Shown: positions 1-14,374 of the stretch, in pieces
Position numbering within the stretch: position 1 is the first letter of the stretch
Layout: the number at the start of each line of letters is the position of its first letter
Source of the DNA: Rhina ancylostomus
Lineage: Eukaryota
Reading direction: 5' to 3'
Assembly (NCBI GenBank): GCA_030265395.1
Contig: JARFYF010000074.1
Location: 31,503,466 to 31,567,465, forward strand
Length of the DNA: 64,000 nucleotides
The notes under the pieces: generated by a model
The model's database searches: none
What the model was told of the DNA's origin: nothing
Seen by the model: only the letters and a program-made list of their open reading frames with translations
Program-made: the position numbers and the translations under genes

Positions 1-299
1 ACAACTGGCCTTTCCCTTTGCTACCATGCCACAGCTTCCACATGAGATTTATTCTGATGATGTTTTGAAATGAGCAATTTTCTTTTCAGTCAGTGAGAGA
101 ACATCCACAGAGGTTCTCTGCTGCTTACTTACATAACCCTGCCTCACACAAATGATCAGTAATGTACTGCAATAAATTCATGCCCCAAATATGGCTCCCC
201 TCATTGCCATGAACCAAAGATGAAGTCTCAATGTAACCGGAATCTTTCATAATCCTAAACCTCCAGATGTTCAAAGTAGTTTGAATGGCCTCTTCCAAA

Positions 300-470
300 T
301 GTTACAAACTAGGTTACTATTGGTGAATATCCCTTTAAGATAGAGNNNNNNNNNNNNNNNNNNNNNNNNNNNNNNNNNNNNNNNNNNNNNNNNNNNNNNN
401 NNNNNNNNNNNNNNNNNNNNNNNNNNNNNNNNNNNNNNNNNNNNNTTTCTTTTGTTGCTGGTTCGTAACA
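300..470 (+). mobile_element. LTR-like element (probable solo LTR), interior in gap
   Basis: TGTTAC...CGTAACA termini. Both ends match the reverse complement of the 5265-5698 element. Flanks are CAAA/CAAT (3 of 4 match). Confidence 0.65.
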
Positions 471-1069
471 CAATGGAATACCACTATTGTGTACAATAAC
501 AGAATAGGAAGAGAAGCTGCAGGATAAGCACCTCCGAGAGCGAGCTGGAATGCCAGAGAATAGTAGCCTTCTTGTGAGCACAACCTATTTTCGGCTTCAC
601 CAATAGGAATTGAACTCTACAAGAAAATTTGATGCAAGTTCCTCTCTCTAAGATTTTCAGTGAAACTGATGTAATTTCTGCCTAAATGCAATCTAAAGAA
701 AGTCCATGCCCAACATCAAAAGTTTGGATGAGTATAGTGCCATATTGTATTGGGGAAAGTCATTAGCAATGGTCTGATATTGGTGACATTGGATCTTCAT
801 GCCTTCACGAGAAGTTAGAATTAACCATCCCATTTTCTAAGCTTCACCCTATGGTCATTCACTTTTGCCACTGAAACTTGGTCTTACCTGCTGCTCATTT
901 TCCCCATTCTATTTCATATGGTCAACTCTCATTCTGTTTATGTGTATTTTAATGTCATTCTCTTCAGTCTTTTATTTTAAACTGTTAATTCCGTTCTCTT
1001 CCTTTCTATCTTTTCTTCTTATTCTCCCCATGTTCTCTGCCTCTCCCTGCTCATTCACCCAGGACTCTT

Positions 1070-1330
1070 GTTTCTTGAACCTACCTGCACAACCCTAACC
1101 CTACCTAAGCAATGGAACGCTCTGGACCACCTCTTGTACCGCCATGTTTGATTATGTCTTTTTTTTGGACCAAGGTCTTGTTTTTGCATACTTTTTTTCC
1201 TCTCTCTTCACTAGCTTGTATAATTTATATTCTATGTGTTGTTTGTATTTACTTGTCTGTGATGCTGCTGCAAGTTTTTCATTGTACCTGTACCTCACCA
1301 TACTTGTGCACGACAATAAACTTGACTTCT
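1070..1330 (+). mobile_element. Rex1/Babar-type LINE 3' tail
   Basis: TTCTTGAAC...AATAAACTTGA tail, homologous to 39485-39785. Confidence 0.6.
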
Positions 1331-2509
1331 TGTTGTTTAATCAGCCCTCGTTTTTTCAACAATATGTTTCTTACTGTTTAAACTATCCAAGCTATTTTAT
1401 TGTATGTTTCAAACTATTCACCTTCCCACTTCTGCTTTGTTAAATGTATTTAATCTCTAATCCCTAAAATTTACTGAGTAAATCTCTCAAACCTGTTTAT
1501 TTCATTATATCCAGTCCCTCTTTTCTCCAATCTCCATGCATATTTTTCTTATTTTAGCTGTCCAAGTTTTTAATAAAATGGAGACCACAAATTATGATCC
1601 TTATATGCAGTGCTGTTGCAGAAAGCTCTCAAAGTAAATCATATTATATGTCACTGGCAGGAATTTGTGGACAGCAACTGCCCACAGAGGAAAAAAGAAC
1701 TGTTACTTGCAACTACAACTTACTTTGAAACAATATCCCAGCAAGAAATAAATACTTCAAAAAGAGGGAGGAAAATGGCTGAAAGAAACTACATATTAAC
1801 AAAAACAGAATATATCACGATAGATTTTCGTATTCATTTGATGGTTAAAAGTCATCTGGAATGGAATATAAACTTCTTAAAAATCAATGGAACAATAATT
1901 GTTCTGCTAGATTTCTATCCAGGTAGTTACAAATTAAACACAACAGCAAAAGTAGACTAATCTAATATTATAATGCAGTTGATGATTGGAAGCAGAACAA
2001 ACATTTCTCCTATTTGCTTAGGAGACTGGACAAACCCTACCATGTGGTGTAATTATTCATCAGCAGTTTTATTTCACAATTACTCAGCAAAGTTTTAGCG
2101 GTTGGTTTACTATACTTCAAAAACCATTACCTTTAATATCAGCAACTATAAATTAAGCCGTTACTTTTCCACAAACACCAATAATTTCTCAATCATTCAA
2201 TGCAATTTTAAGGAAGAACAATGGAAATATGAGAGATAAAGTACATCAGAAGGAATGATAGGTGATCAGAACACCTTTCATAAAGTTTGTCAAAAATAAC
2301 TGTAAATTACAGGCAAATTTACTCAAGATAATTTATTAAAGCAAAATTTCAAATGTTACTTGTTTATCTCAAAGAAGTTACCAAAAATCCATAAAATCCA
2401 TGTAAGTTTAGGATTAGATGCTGGCACAGCATGCAAATATTGTGGGTTCATGTGATAAAATTATTGATTGCTGGGAGAAACGGATGATTGATAAATAACT
2501 AAGTCCTCG

Positions 2510-4160
2510 GGAACAAAAACACAGAATGCTGGAAGAACTCAGTAGGTCAAGCAGCAAATGTGGAGGCAAAAGGTGAAAGCCAATGTTTCAGGTCAAGATG
2601 CTGCATTAGAACTGAGAGGGACAAGAAAAGCTTGCCAGTATATAGTAGTATAATGGAGGGGTGGTATAGGGGCTGGTAGGTGATAGGTGGAACCAGATGG
2701 GGAGGGGNNNNNNNNNNNNNNNNNNNNNNNNNNNNNNNNNNNNNNNNNNNNNNNNNNNNNNNNNNNNNNNNNNNNNNNNNNNGAAGAACACTGGGGGGGG
2801 GGGGTGTGGGTTACCTGAAATTGGAAAATTCAATCTTTATACCATTGATATGTAAGTTACTCAAATGGAATAGGAGATGTTCTTCTTCCAATCTGCATTT
2901 GGCCTCTCCATAGCAATGGGGAAGGCCAAGTACAAACAAATTGGTGTGGGACTAGGAAGGAGTTAAAATGACATGCAACTGGAAGCCTGAAATGGCTGTT
3001 GCGGACAGAATGCAGGTGCACTGCAAAACAGTTTTCTAGTCTCATCTTGGTTTCACCAATGTAGTGGAGGCCACACTGTGAGCACTAAATGCAGTAGACC
3101 TAGTTAGAAGAGGTGCAGGTGAATCTCTACCCCACGAAAGAAGGCTGTTTTGGTTCCTGGATGGTGGTGAGGTGAAGGGTCAGGTGCTACACTCTGCTCT
3201 CTGGCTCCTCAATCATGTGCTCACTCAGACTCGGTTCCACAGCCATGTGACCTTCCTCGCTCTGTGTCTACACTGCCATTGTGTTCCACATGGATTCCAG
3301 GTCCACTTCCAGGCTTACCTGCATCAATCTATCACCACCCTGTGCCCACCCCAGCTCCCCTCTTTTGTTCACCTATCACTGCTCTGCTTTTCCCTCTTAT
3401 GTATTGGGCTTCCCCTTTTCCTATCTTCAGTCCTGAAGAAGGGTCCTGACCCGATATGTTGACCACCTGCTTTTCTCCACGGATGCTGTCTGGCCTGCTG
3501 AGTTCCTCCAGCATCATAGTGTTTTTCATCTAGATTCCAGCATCTACAGTCCTTTGTTTCTCAGGTGTTACACTTCCTACACTTGTAGGGGAAAGTGCCT
3601 GGGGAGGGAGAGGGATGGGTAGGGAGAGATGAGCAGAGAATGGCCCCTGTGAAAAGCAGAAATGGCAATGAGAGGGAAGATGTGACTGATGATGGGATCA
3701 CATTAGAGTTGGAGGAATTGGCCATATATGTTGGATGAGGAGTTTGGTGGGGTATAAGATGAGAACCAAGGGTACTATTGTTGTTCTGTCTGGGGAGAGG
3801 GCAGTGTGAGAAATGGAGGAAATGTGTATGAGGTTCCAACTATGGCAGAGGAGAAACCATGTCTCTGGAAGAATGAGGCCATTTCAGAAGTCCTATAGCA
3901 GAAGGCCTCATCTTGAGAAAAGATGTGATGGAAATGGGAAAATTGAGAAAAAGGGATGGCATTAAAGATGGAAGCAGGGTGGGAAGAGGTATAATTGAGG
4001 TAGCTGAGGGAGTCATTCGGTTTATAGAAAATGTCAATGGCAAGTCTGTCTCCTGAGAGGAGACAGGGAGATTCAGGAAAGGAAGAGAAGTGTCAGAGAT
4101 AGTCCAGGCGAATTTGAGGACAGGGTGGAAGTTGATGGCAAAGGTGATGAAATTGTACAG
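2510..4160 (-). mobile_element. Old Penelope-like element fragment (RT C-terminus, GIY-YIG region, terminal repeat), interrupted at 3194-3560
   Basis: Minus-strand peptides NFHPVLKFAWTISDTSLPFLNL and PSPSPGTFPYKCRKCNT; terminal ATGCTGG..GAACTCAG repeat; homologous to 57961-58415. Confidence 0.8.
3194..3560 (+). mobile_element. Young Penelope-like terminal fragment nested in the older copy
   Basis: Its 3' portion is near-identical to 16915-17085 and 57117-57248 (reverse complement). Flanked by TCAGGTG[C/T]TACACT at 3180-3193 and 3561-3574. Confidence 0.8.
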
Positions 4161-5264
4161 GAAGTAGCATCGATTTAAATGCTCTGATTTTCCTTTTATT
4201 AGGATTGGTTCCATGGAAAAACTACCTGGTGTGAACAACATAAAAAAGGTATTTAAATAAGCAAATAGCATTGAACTTCATGTAAAGTTGATTTTTAAAA
4301 GCAAGTTAATCAAGCTACATCTTTTTAAATTGTGAGAAGAATTATTTATATCATTATACGTATGGTAAGAGATTGTTGTTAATTGCATTTAGGTATTGAC
4401 ATAATCTATACATTAAGGTTGTATGTTGGTAAAACAGATTGATTTGAAGAAAGCAGATGATTATTACTGCTTTACAGGTTTTACTTTGGCACATGTTCAT
4501 GAAACAAAGCCACAGTATTGTTTCAGCTGTCTTGTATCTCCACTCAGGCACACTGTGTACTTAAAATACTTCTGTAGTCCATTTTACACTGGATGATTTC
4601 TATCATATCTTAACATGCAGCAAGTTGTGTAAATGTTACAAAGTATGATCTCTTTATAGCTTTATTTGGGCAAGGGCTTTGATTATGAATCCCACACTGT
4701 GGCAAGAAATCCAAGTTAGATAAGGTAATGAAGATAAATTCCAAAAATATTGTAAACTTTCTATTGATAATTCCTTGAATTTAATCAGAAAAAAACTAGA
4801 TTACAATCACTTCCTTCATCAGTGTTAGTTCATTCAACTTGCTCAGAAGGTTACAAATGACTGGTGCATTGTTTTTTGTCAGATATGATCAGTATGTTTC
4901 TCATTGGATTAATAGCAGTGTCATGCCACCTTATTGCAATAGTCATACTTTCTAATCATCATCAAAAACTTCCCAGAAATGACTGCAGTTTAGATCAGCC
5001 TATCGCACAGCTTTGTCACCAACCACAAAACTTCCAGTAATAGTGATCATTTTCTGAGTGGTCACAAGGTTCCTGTTTCCCAACTATGAGTTTGCCGATT
5101 GTAATGCTTACATCAAACAATCACATGTCTGGACGCACCAAAACTTTTCACATACTTCCTATAAGAATATAAAACCTTTGCATGACTCTTTTGTTAAAAT
5201 GAAGAGAACTACATGCAAATAAAATGCAGGAACTACTCAGTGAAAAACAGCAAGGTGTGGATTC

Positions 5265-5698
5265 TGTTACGTACCAGCAACAAAAGAAACACACTGAGAC
5301 ATGTATAAGTGTTAAAAACTACTTTATTAATAACTACTTANNNNNNNNNNNNNNNNNNNNNNNNNNNNNNNNNNNNNNNNNNNNNNNNNNNNNNNNNNNN
5401 NNNNNNNNNNNNNNNNNNNNNNNNNNNNNNNNNNNNNNNNCAACAATCCATACGTGGATTGCAGTGACAGTCACAGTTACTGTTTCTCATCCATCGATAG
5501 AGAAAACAAGCAGGCTGGTGTCTCTCTCTCTCTCTCTTTCTCTCTCTTGTTCTTCTGTCTCTCTCTCTTCTTCAGACTGACTCCGACTGGTTGTTCAAAC
5601 AACTACGTCATGACATTCTTTATCTTCTGTTGATGTAAGCACGCCACACACGCACACTATCTAAAAGGGACACTCACTAATAGTCCTAGTCCGTAACA
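5265..5698 (-). mobile_element. Solo LTR, Gypsy-type (4-bp TSD)
   Basis: Inverted termini TGTTACG...CGTAACA, an exact ATTC duplication at 5261-5264 and 5699-5702, AATAAA on the minus strand near 5325, and an internal (CT)n tract and gap. Confidence 0.75.
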
Positions 5699-5844
5699 AT
5701 TCTTTTAACATGAGGTGACTGTTGCACACTTATGACATGGTCTTGACAGAGCAAAATTTTGATCCAATGGCAATGATGTCCAAGATGTTGGAGACCAGAC
5801 TCTGCTGCACGGACTCAGCAGACACATATATGTGGACACACAAA

Positions 5845-6990
5845 TAAGAACATAAGAAGTAGGAGCAGAAGTAGCCATTTGGTCCCTCATGTTTGCTCTG
5901 TCATTCAACAAGATTATAACTGAACTTTTCCCTCAGATCCATTTTCCTGCACTAACCCCATATTCCTTGATTCACTTAAGCTACAAAAAAATTTATCAAT
6001 CTCTGTCTTGAATATGCTCAGCCTCCACAGCCCTCCAGAGTCATAAAGTCATACAGCACAGAAGCAGGTCCTTCAACCCAAATGCTCCACGCCAACCAAG
6101 ATGCCCATCTAAGCAAGTCCCATTTGCCCATATTTGGCTCATATCCCTCTAAACCTTTCCTATCCATGTACCTGTCTGAGTGCCTTTTAAATGTTGCAAT
6201 TACACAAGGTAGGGAATTCCAGTCACAAGATGGGTGAAGAAATTTCTTCTCAGCTAAATGCAGAATAGCCAACCCCTTATTTTCAGACAGTGAACCTTGA
6301 CACTCTAGACAGTGGAAACAATAGCTTTGCATCTACCCCGTTAAGTTCTGTAAGAATTCTCTATGTTTCAATTAGCCTATTTCTCAATCTTCTAAACTCT
6401 AGAGAGCATACGCCCAGTCTGCATAACATCTCCTCATAGAATAGAACTCCACATCCCAGGAATTAATCTGTGAATCTTTGTGGAGCTCCTTCTAGCACAA
6501 ATCTAGGCTTTCCTAGATAGGGAGATCAGACCTGTACATATTCTAGATGCAGTCTCACCAATGCCCTAGATAGTCCCAATAAGACATCTTTACTCTGGTA
6601 CTCAAAACCTCTTGGAATAAAGGTTAATGCACTGTTTTCCTTTCTAGTTGCTTGCTGTAGCTGCATATTAACTTTCAGTGATTCATTTTTCAGGTAACTC
6701 TGAACACGAACATCTTGAAATCTGACCGTATTTAAAAAATACTCTCTTATTCTATTTTTCATGGATAATCTCACATTTTTCCTCATTATCTTTCTTCTGC
6801 CATGTCCTCATCCATTCACTTAACTTGTCTTGATCCCTTTGAAGTCTATTTGCACCCTCCTCACAACCAACACTACAACCCAGTCTTCTACCATCAGCAA
6901 ACTTGGAAGTTCTACACCTGGCTCTCTCATTCAAATTATGGAGATAGATAATGAACAACTGAGGCCCAGCAATGATCCCTGTGGTACCTC
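5845..6990 (-). mobile_element. CR1/HER1-like LINE 3' fragment, with a second CR1 tail nested at about 6040-6205
   Basis: Minus-strand SKFADGRRLG..LQRDQDKLSEW and RGFEYQSKDV..ALVRLHLEY motifs, frameshifted. Confidence 0.8.
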
Positions 6991-9900
6991 ACAGTCTCTC
7001 AACCCCAATGGCCTCTTTTTCCTTCTCTCTCTTTTACATCACTTCATTCTGACTCAGGGATTAGAATACCGACAGCTAAACTATAACTGGCAGTACTAGC
7101 TTTTGACTAATTGTTAATCATCTGTACACGTCATGACATGCAAATAATTTTATGAATGAAGGATTGCTTTGGAAAGTTCTGATGAAATATTTTTCTTTTC
7201 TTTGGGTATTTCCAAAATGTTAGACATCACACACACGTTTCTCAACAGGTAACCATTCATGATCATTGTTTTTGCTGATTCATTTGGTCTCGTTTTCTAT
7301 AACTTGAAGGTGCACTGGAAGATCTAATCTCTTTCCCATTCAACTTGTTGTTCAAATGAACAACAGCTTCTACACCCCATCCAACTTGATTTATAGTAGT
7401 TCGTAATGACTGTATTCTCTAATCATTAACTTCCTTCATTTTGTATAAAATGGCAATCGTGATTTACTCTTCTTTCAGGTCGAAGATGGACATTAAATAG
7501 ATCTAAAGTGACTTTCATTATTTCAGGATCTCTGAAAATGCTTCTTAGCTTGGGTGTTTTAAATATATTTGGAAACTAGTAGAAGGTAGGATTCATGAAG
7601 CAATGCATGGCTACATGCTGAATAACATCTATGTCTAGGATGAAAAGGCATGTTAGAAAAGTGCCAGATAATGACCATGTCCAAGGAGAAAATTTCTAAT
7701 CATCGCTCTTTAATATTTAATGTGATTACTATCTCTAATTTCCTGCACCATAATGTTTGCTTCTCTGTCCTCAAGATCAACACCCTAGAGGTTACCATTG
7801 ACCAGAAAGTTAACAAGCCCACCACCCAATAGTGTGGCTGCAAGGATGAAAATTCTACAGAGAGCTTTTCTTCTGACTCCTTAAATCCACTCCACCATCA
7901 ATAAGAAATGTCAGAAAAGTGACTGTATAATCTCCACTTGTATGGAAATCTGGAAACAGCAGAAATAAATTCAACATCACAATAAAACATTCCATTTGAT
8001 CAACATCCTATCTAGCTGCCTGAGTACTTACTCTCTCCCCCATGAACACATTGTGTCCTTCTGATCAGCAAATAAAGGCTGCTGTGTAGTGACAAACCAG
8101 GAACCTAACCACAGTAGGGGAACTGAGATCATCATAAGGGAGGGGGAGGTCTGGGACTTTCCAACCCTGTAATCCACATGATGCTCTCAATGAGGACAGC
8201 AGGGATGCCACTGGTAAGCTTGTATTACGGAATGCTTCTTGGAGGTGACTTGATAGCATATCCTGAATTGGTTAGTGGCATTGCAATCAGTGGTGAAGTG
8301 ATGGCACATTACTGATCCCAATTTTAAAAAAAACTGCACATAAAGTTCCATTGTTTTTTGCAGTATGGACCTCACCATTTCCAGTGTCAATTACAGTCAG
8401 GTATCAATTCAATATTAAGTTAGACACGGGGAAAGTATTTTGTAGGATTAACATATGTATTATGCAATAAATCATAGTGTAAATCAGAAGTGTTTCTACC
8501 CCACCAAGTAAGCCTGCCCTAGTTTATGAGCAGTATGGGATAAGAATGTGCCCCTTAGAGATAATTTCATGGTAGCGCCTAAGGCTGTTTCCATGGTAAC
8601 CTGAGGCCTGAATGTGTACAAGGACTAAACATGGGGCACGTAGACAAGGTACATAGTAACAATATATGAGGGATTAATGATGTATCAAGTAAATGCAGGC
8701 AATGGAGACAGTTAATTAGCAGAGCATGAGATAAGAGACATGAAAGACCCCTGGTGGAGTGTGAAAATTGGAGGTACCACAAGTACTTTTACTTCCAACA
8801 CCATGATAACCAAAGCCTTAGCTGAACAAAGGGATACTTCAGGCATGAAATCACACATCCCTGAACAGAGGTACGGGAAGTGAAAAGTAACTGATCACAT
8901 ACTTTCTAGTTTTGAGTTGGTCAAGAAATGATGCTTGAATGTCTTGTTCATTGGTGAAAAGACTGTGATTGGGGGGGGGCAGAGAATGAACCACACTAGT
9001 ATGATGAATGGGACTCTCCCTTCTCAAAGTGGAAGATCAATTAAATAAATCAATGGATAGTGAGTGATGAACTAGCTCCACAACAATTTCCATAGACAGC
9101 ACGATGTACCAAAAGAGAGGACACGTGGGGAATTGTTCAGAGCATTGTTAGGGTGCACACAGTTTAAATGCCACCCCATGTAAATTTGATGTAAACTGAT
9201 CAGCAGTTACCAGTGGGAGTTCTGTACCTAAAAGTTCTCTGAGGTGAAACAGATTTGTATTGACCTGAAGAGTAAGAAAAGCATGAATGCTATAGAACAC
9301 GGCTATGACCATAAAGACCAGGGTTCTTGAATGGGAGCTCGAGGTGAGGACTAGGTTTCACAAAAGGGGCATGAAGAATCATTAATGACAGTGTTTTGTG
9401 AAAAGTGCTTAAAGTTAACAGATCAATGATAGAAAGACAGGTCGGATCCAAGATGTGATCCTGAAGTCCAGAAAGAATAATGGGACTAACAGTATAAAAG
9501 TAAGGGAGAGAAGACAGGACTGATGTTAATACTATACCACATACTATACTTCGACAGAACAAAACCTGTGTTAGAAGAACTGAAAAACTTGATGGCTGCT
9601 GTTCAGTGGCAAACCAAGAACCTATTCACAATAGGGAAAGGACCCGAAATTATCATGTAGGGAAGTCTGGGACTTTCCTCCCCTGTAACCCACAGTAAAG
9701 CTTGGCACTCTCCCAGCAAGGAGAGCAGGGCTACCACTGGTAAACTTGTACTGAAGAATAGGCCTTGAAACTGGAGCCCCAATGCAGATGGGTGGGACCA
9801 GAGGACACATTTCATGAACAAAATTGTGAAGACAGTTTATTAATGAAAGGGAATTAAGCAAACTTTCACATGCTATGTCACTTCAGAGTTTGGAAATGGT

Positions 9901-10439
9901 GGAGGGAATGAACCACATGTTAAGAGTGGCCTTAACAAAGGCCATTCATAGAAAAGCTAAGTCCAGGGCAAAGCCCCTTCCAATGATTCTAATGAGACCA
10001 AGGCAGCACACAGCTGATTCACCAGAATCCCCCTAACAAACTGATAGCAGGAGGAAATGTAATGCCTCAAAAAGAACAGAGTTGGAACATATGTGCTAAA
10101 ACAAAACAATTAATATAAGGATACAAGGACAAGAAGGGAAATCTATAGATTTCCCCATAATTCCAGGTTATGGTAGAACATCACAAGGGACTCAACAAGG
10201 GACTCAGCTTACCCTGCAGAGTTGGTTAATACAGCAGGATGACAGAGTACAATTAACATGAGATCTCCAAATTTTACCTGTAATTCTCCACCGAACACAT
10301 TTAGGCTTACCAATGAATAAATAGCCGCAATGTACCAAAATGATGTGGTGACAGGAGTAAACACCAGGATATCATGATAGATGTCCAAGCAATCCATATA
10401 TGAATGGATTGCCTGAGACAGGTGATTGATCGACAAAGG

Positions 10440-10845
10440 TACTGGCCCACTTTCTCTCTGTTTTCCCTGGAGCAAAGGAGGGTGAGAGGTGACATGATAG
10501 ACGTTTGTAAAATTATGAGAGGCATAGATAGGGTAGCTAACCAGAGTCTGTTTCCCATGGTAAGATGTCTAAATCTAGAGGGCATAAGTTTACGGTGAGA
10601 GGGAGGAGGTTTAAAGGGAATCAGAATGGTAAATTTTTTCACAGAAACAGTAGTTGGTATCTGGAATGAGATGCCAAAGGAAGGGGTGGAGGCAGGAGCA
10701 ACATCTGAGAGGCAACTTGATAGGTACCTAAAAGAGCAGGGTAGAGAGGGATTTTGAATTAATGCAGGCAAGTGGGATTAATAAAGATAGGCACGTGGTA
10801 GCATAGATACAGTGGGCCAAATGGCCTATTTCTACACTCTACAAC
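10440..10845 (+). mobile_element. CR1/HER1-like LINE 3' end
   Basis: LFSLEQRRVRGDMIDVCKIMRGIDRV plus the typical 3' tail. Confidence 0.8.
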
Positions 10846-13800
10846 TTGACTCTAACCCAGGACTGAACAGCACTGAGGGATTGGGGCTAGTGTCATACTT
10901 CGTACAATTGGAGACAATGTGCCACTGAATTGGTAAAGTGCACCACTCTCTATCCCCGAGGTGAAAAATCGATTCAAAAGTTGTTTTTGTTAAATTGAGA
11001 ATGTACTGGGTGAACGTACCCCTGCTCCACAACACAATGGGTCCATAGCATCTAGGAACTGTGATGGCAACAGGGAGGCTAAGCAGCTAATCAGGATATT
11101 TCACAGATGCCAATCCAGGAAATAAACAGAGATATCTAAATATTAATAATAATCTAAAATCCATTATAATTGGCATATTTATCTAATGAAATTAAAATTC
11201 ACACACATAAAACTAATTTTTCCAGAGTCAAGAAGGCTAACCTTGGCTTTGGTTAAACACTTTCAAAGCTGACAGGTATCCTCTTACAAACCTTTCAAAC
11301 CTTTTGCTATTTCTTAATTTCCCCATTCATTGAACTATTACCAGACAGCTAAGAGATTCTCTTCTGAAAGGAAGCATATCTCGTCAGCTCTGTAGGAAGT
11401 AGCTGAATGGCAGGATATGTTCAGGAAATGATGATGATGATGATGATGGAAGATAACAATATAATAATTCAAAGTATACTTCAATAATTGGGAGGAAACT
11501 ATATAGACATTTACTCATTATTGTGTTATACAATGATGACGTAGGCCACACTTTAATACTCAGCTGTTTACTTTTATTATGTGCTTTGGTACTATAGGAA
11601 CGTAACCATTTATAATTAATTTTCTCAAATATGATGTTACAGTCAAAAATGATTATTAAATATAGATGAAGAACATTAAAACTACACCTCTTGAAGTGCT
11701 TGATCTGGCAGGTTAGTGTGGAAATATGCAATTAAAAAATCTTATTGCAGTCATCAAAAAATAAACAGAATCATTTTACAGAAAAGCAAAATAGTGCAAA
11801 TGCTGGAAATCAGAAATAAAGATGTCAGTAATTGACATGCGCAATAGATCAGGCAACAGCTATGGATGGGAGAACCAGATTGGTAATAGTTTTGCTGTTG
11901 TCAAATACATTTTGTCTTGCTCCAGCTTTTGTATCTTTATTTGTCTGATTACCACTCCAGTTTGGTATGCACCATCATCATTTTTTACCCCATTTAATCA
12001 CTCCTGCTTTCTATCCTAAAACAGAATTTTCCCTTTGTTCTTTCTTCCCCTCCCTGCTTATCTTACTTGTATACAATGACTTTGACAACTCTAACATTCC
12101 AAGGCTGTGAAGGAATGACTGAAACAATGACTGTGTATCTTCACATATGCTTCATGACCTGCTTAGTATTTCCAGCATTTTCTGCTTTTATTTCAATGTT
12201 AACAGGTATTAATGCAAAATAAAAGCATAAAACATCACACTTGGGTGCATCTATAACATTTGAACATATTCATATCGGAATTCTTGAGGACATTGCTGTA
12301 AGCCAGGCATTAAGCATTTTAAAGTTAGTTTTGTCGTAACAGGCCAAGTTGAACAATCCAACATAATGTCAAAAAGAGATTCATTTGTTACAAGAATGTA
12401 GGAACTAAGGAAAATTTTCAATGCTGAATGAAAACTGGCAAATTCATGAGTCACTAGTAAAGAATGAAATAGTAAAGTTGTACATAAACTGTCTTCTGAA
12501 CTTTTTTAAAAATAGTTTTTAATTAGCTCCTGCATTTTAATTTCCTTTTTCAAGGAAATCAGCTAATTCCTACATTTAGTTTTCTCATCATTTTAGAATT
12601 TGTCAAAACAGCCTAAAGTGGCCAGGTAATATTTCTCAGGTTGTACTGAATCAGTAATACCACACAGGTACAATAAAATACATAAAAGACATTATACTTA
12701 TCTAGAAACATTAAACTGCATTAAAATCACATAGCACGTACAACTCCAATTAGCTTCCTACATCACAGCAGTTTCAAAACTTAGCAAAGTACTTCATTAG
12801 TTGCAAAACCCTTTGACAACCAGAGTTGTGAAAACATAAAGTAAATGCAATCCTTCTTACACAGCAGAACTGCATTTAAGTTGTTCTTGGCTGGTCTATT
12901 ATTGGAGGGTGGTTCACAATTCCCTATGAAACTTTAGTACAAGATGGAAAAGTACAAAATTTGGTATGCTAAGAATAATGTTTCTCATTAACTCATTAAT
13001 TTTCTTTTGATGATTTGTATAAAATAAGTCTCTGCATCACCATATTCACAGTTTGGAATTATGGAAGAATAAATGGCAAACAGTGTCTTAAGGACACGAA
13101 GATATGCATAAAGCTAACAGTTCACAATTAAATTTGAAATATAACATCGGCACATAAGGCATTTAGGAGAGAGAGATGCACAACAGCTGGTGGAGGATAT
13201 GATAATCTTATGCCTTTCCCCTAGACAAGGAAGCCTATGCTGTATTAACTCACGCAGAGACAAAATCAGCTCGGCATTGGACATCATTGTCTCAGTTTGA
13301 TGACAAATGAACAGGCAGAAACCACCTTTGATGGATTCTTGGAGCAGCATTCTGAGATGATCATGGTGATATATGAAGCCCAGTTTTAAAATGCTTGTGT
13401 CCTACTTGATCGTACAGTGACTTTAACACGTGGAACTTTAATTTACACAAGAGGCCAAGTGTCAAACACATGGATTGAATATGCATAGGGCAGGTTTCCA
13501 ACACTGTTCGTCATCTTTTGATATCAGGATGGATCCCAAATATTGTGGTGAACCAAATGCAGAGAAAACATTCTTTAGGAATAATTTTTAGGGTTCACTT
13601 GAGATAGCAGGTTTAGTCATGTATCCACAATAAAGATTTTGGGGAAGTTTCCACCAGAATATATTTTGAACCAAACTGCATTCTCATCATTTTTTAAATA
13701 CATAGGCACATAGATGCAAGATCATCAAAATTCTAATTAATTCTGATGTTTATTTTTCCCAAAACAGAGAACAAGAAGTTATTTGTTAAATTACTTTTGC

Positions 13801-14374
13801 AATTNNNNNNNNNNNNNNNNNNNNNNNNNNNNNNNNNNNNNNNNNNNNNNNNNNNNNNNNNNNNNNNNNNNNNNNNNNNNNNNNNNNNNNNNNNNNNNNN
13901 NNNNAATTGGTAAACACCTCTAACACTATACACTGCAAAGCATCTGATTCCTGATTCTCATCAGGGGTCATCTGAGCAGCTGTTTTCTTCTGACTTTGCA
14001 TACAGTTTGATAAAAAGTGGAAACACCAAAGAAATCAGTCTGGTTTCTAAAACAAAAGACCAGATCAGAAGAATTTAGAGGAGCAATTTTAAGTCCAGTA
14101 GGATAAATCACTACTGTACTGTAGTACAGTGTGTTCATCGCTTTGTGGAAACAAATTGTATTAACTATAATTATTGTTTTGTAAGCTCACATATATGAAA
14201 TGCAACAATTAAGCAATTGTTCTCAGCTTAATAAATGTCTCCTCAGCACAACCTTCAAAAAGAATGAAGGAGTACATATGTGAAAGCCACAAAATTGAAA
14301 TTGTATTTCAAGGTACTTGCATTGTTTCCCTATCATACAAGTAGTTGTTGCATCCTAACTTCAGTGTTTATCTC

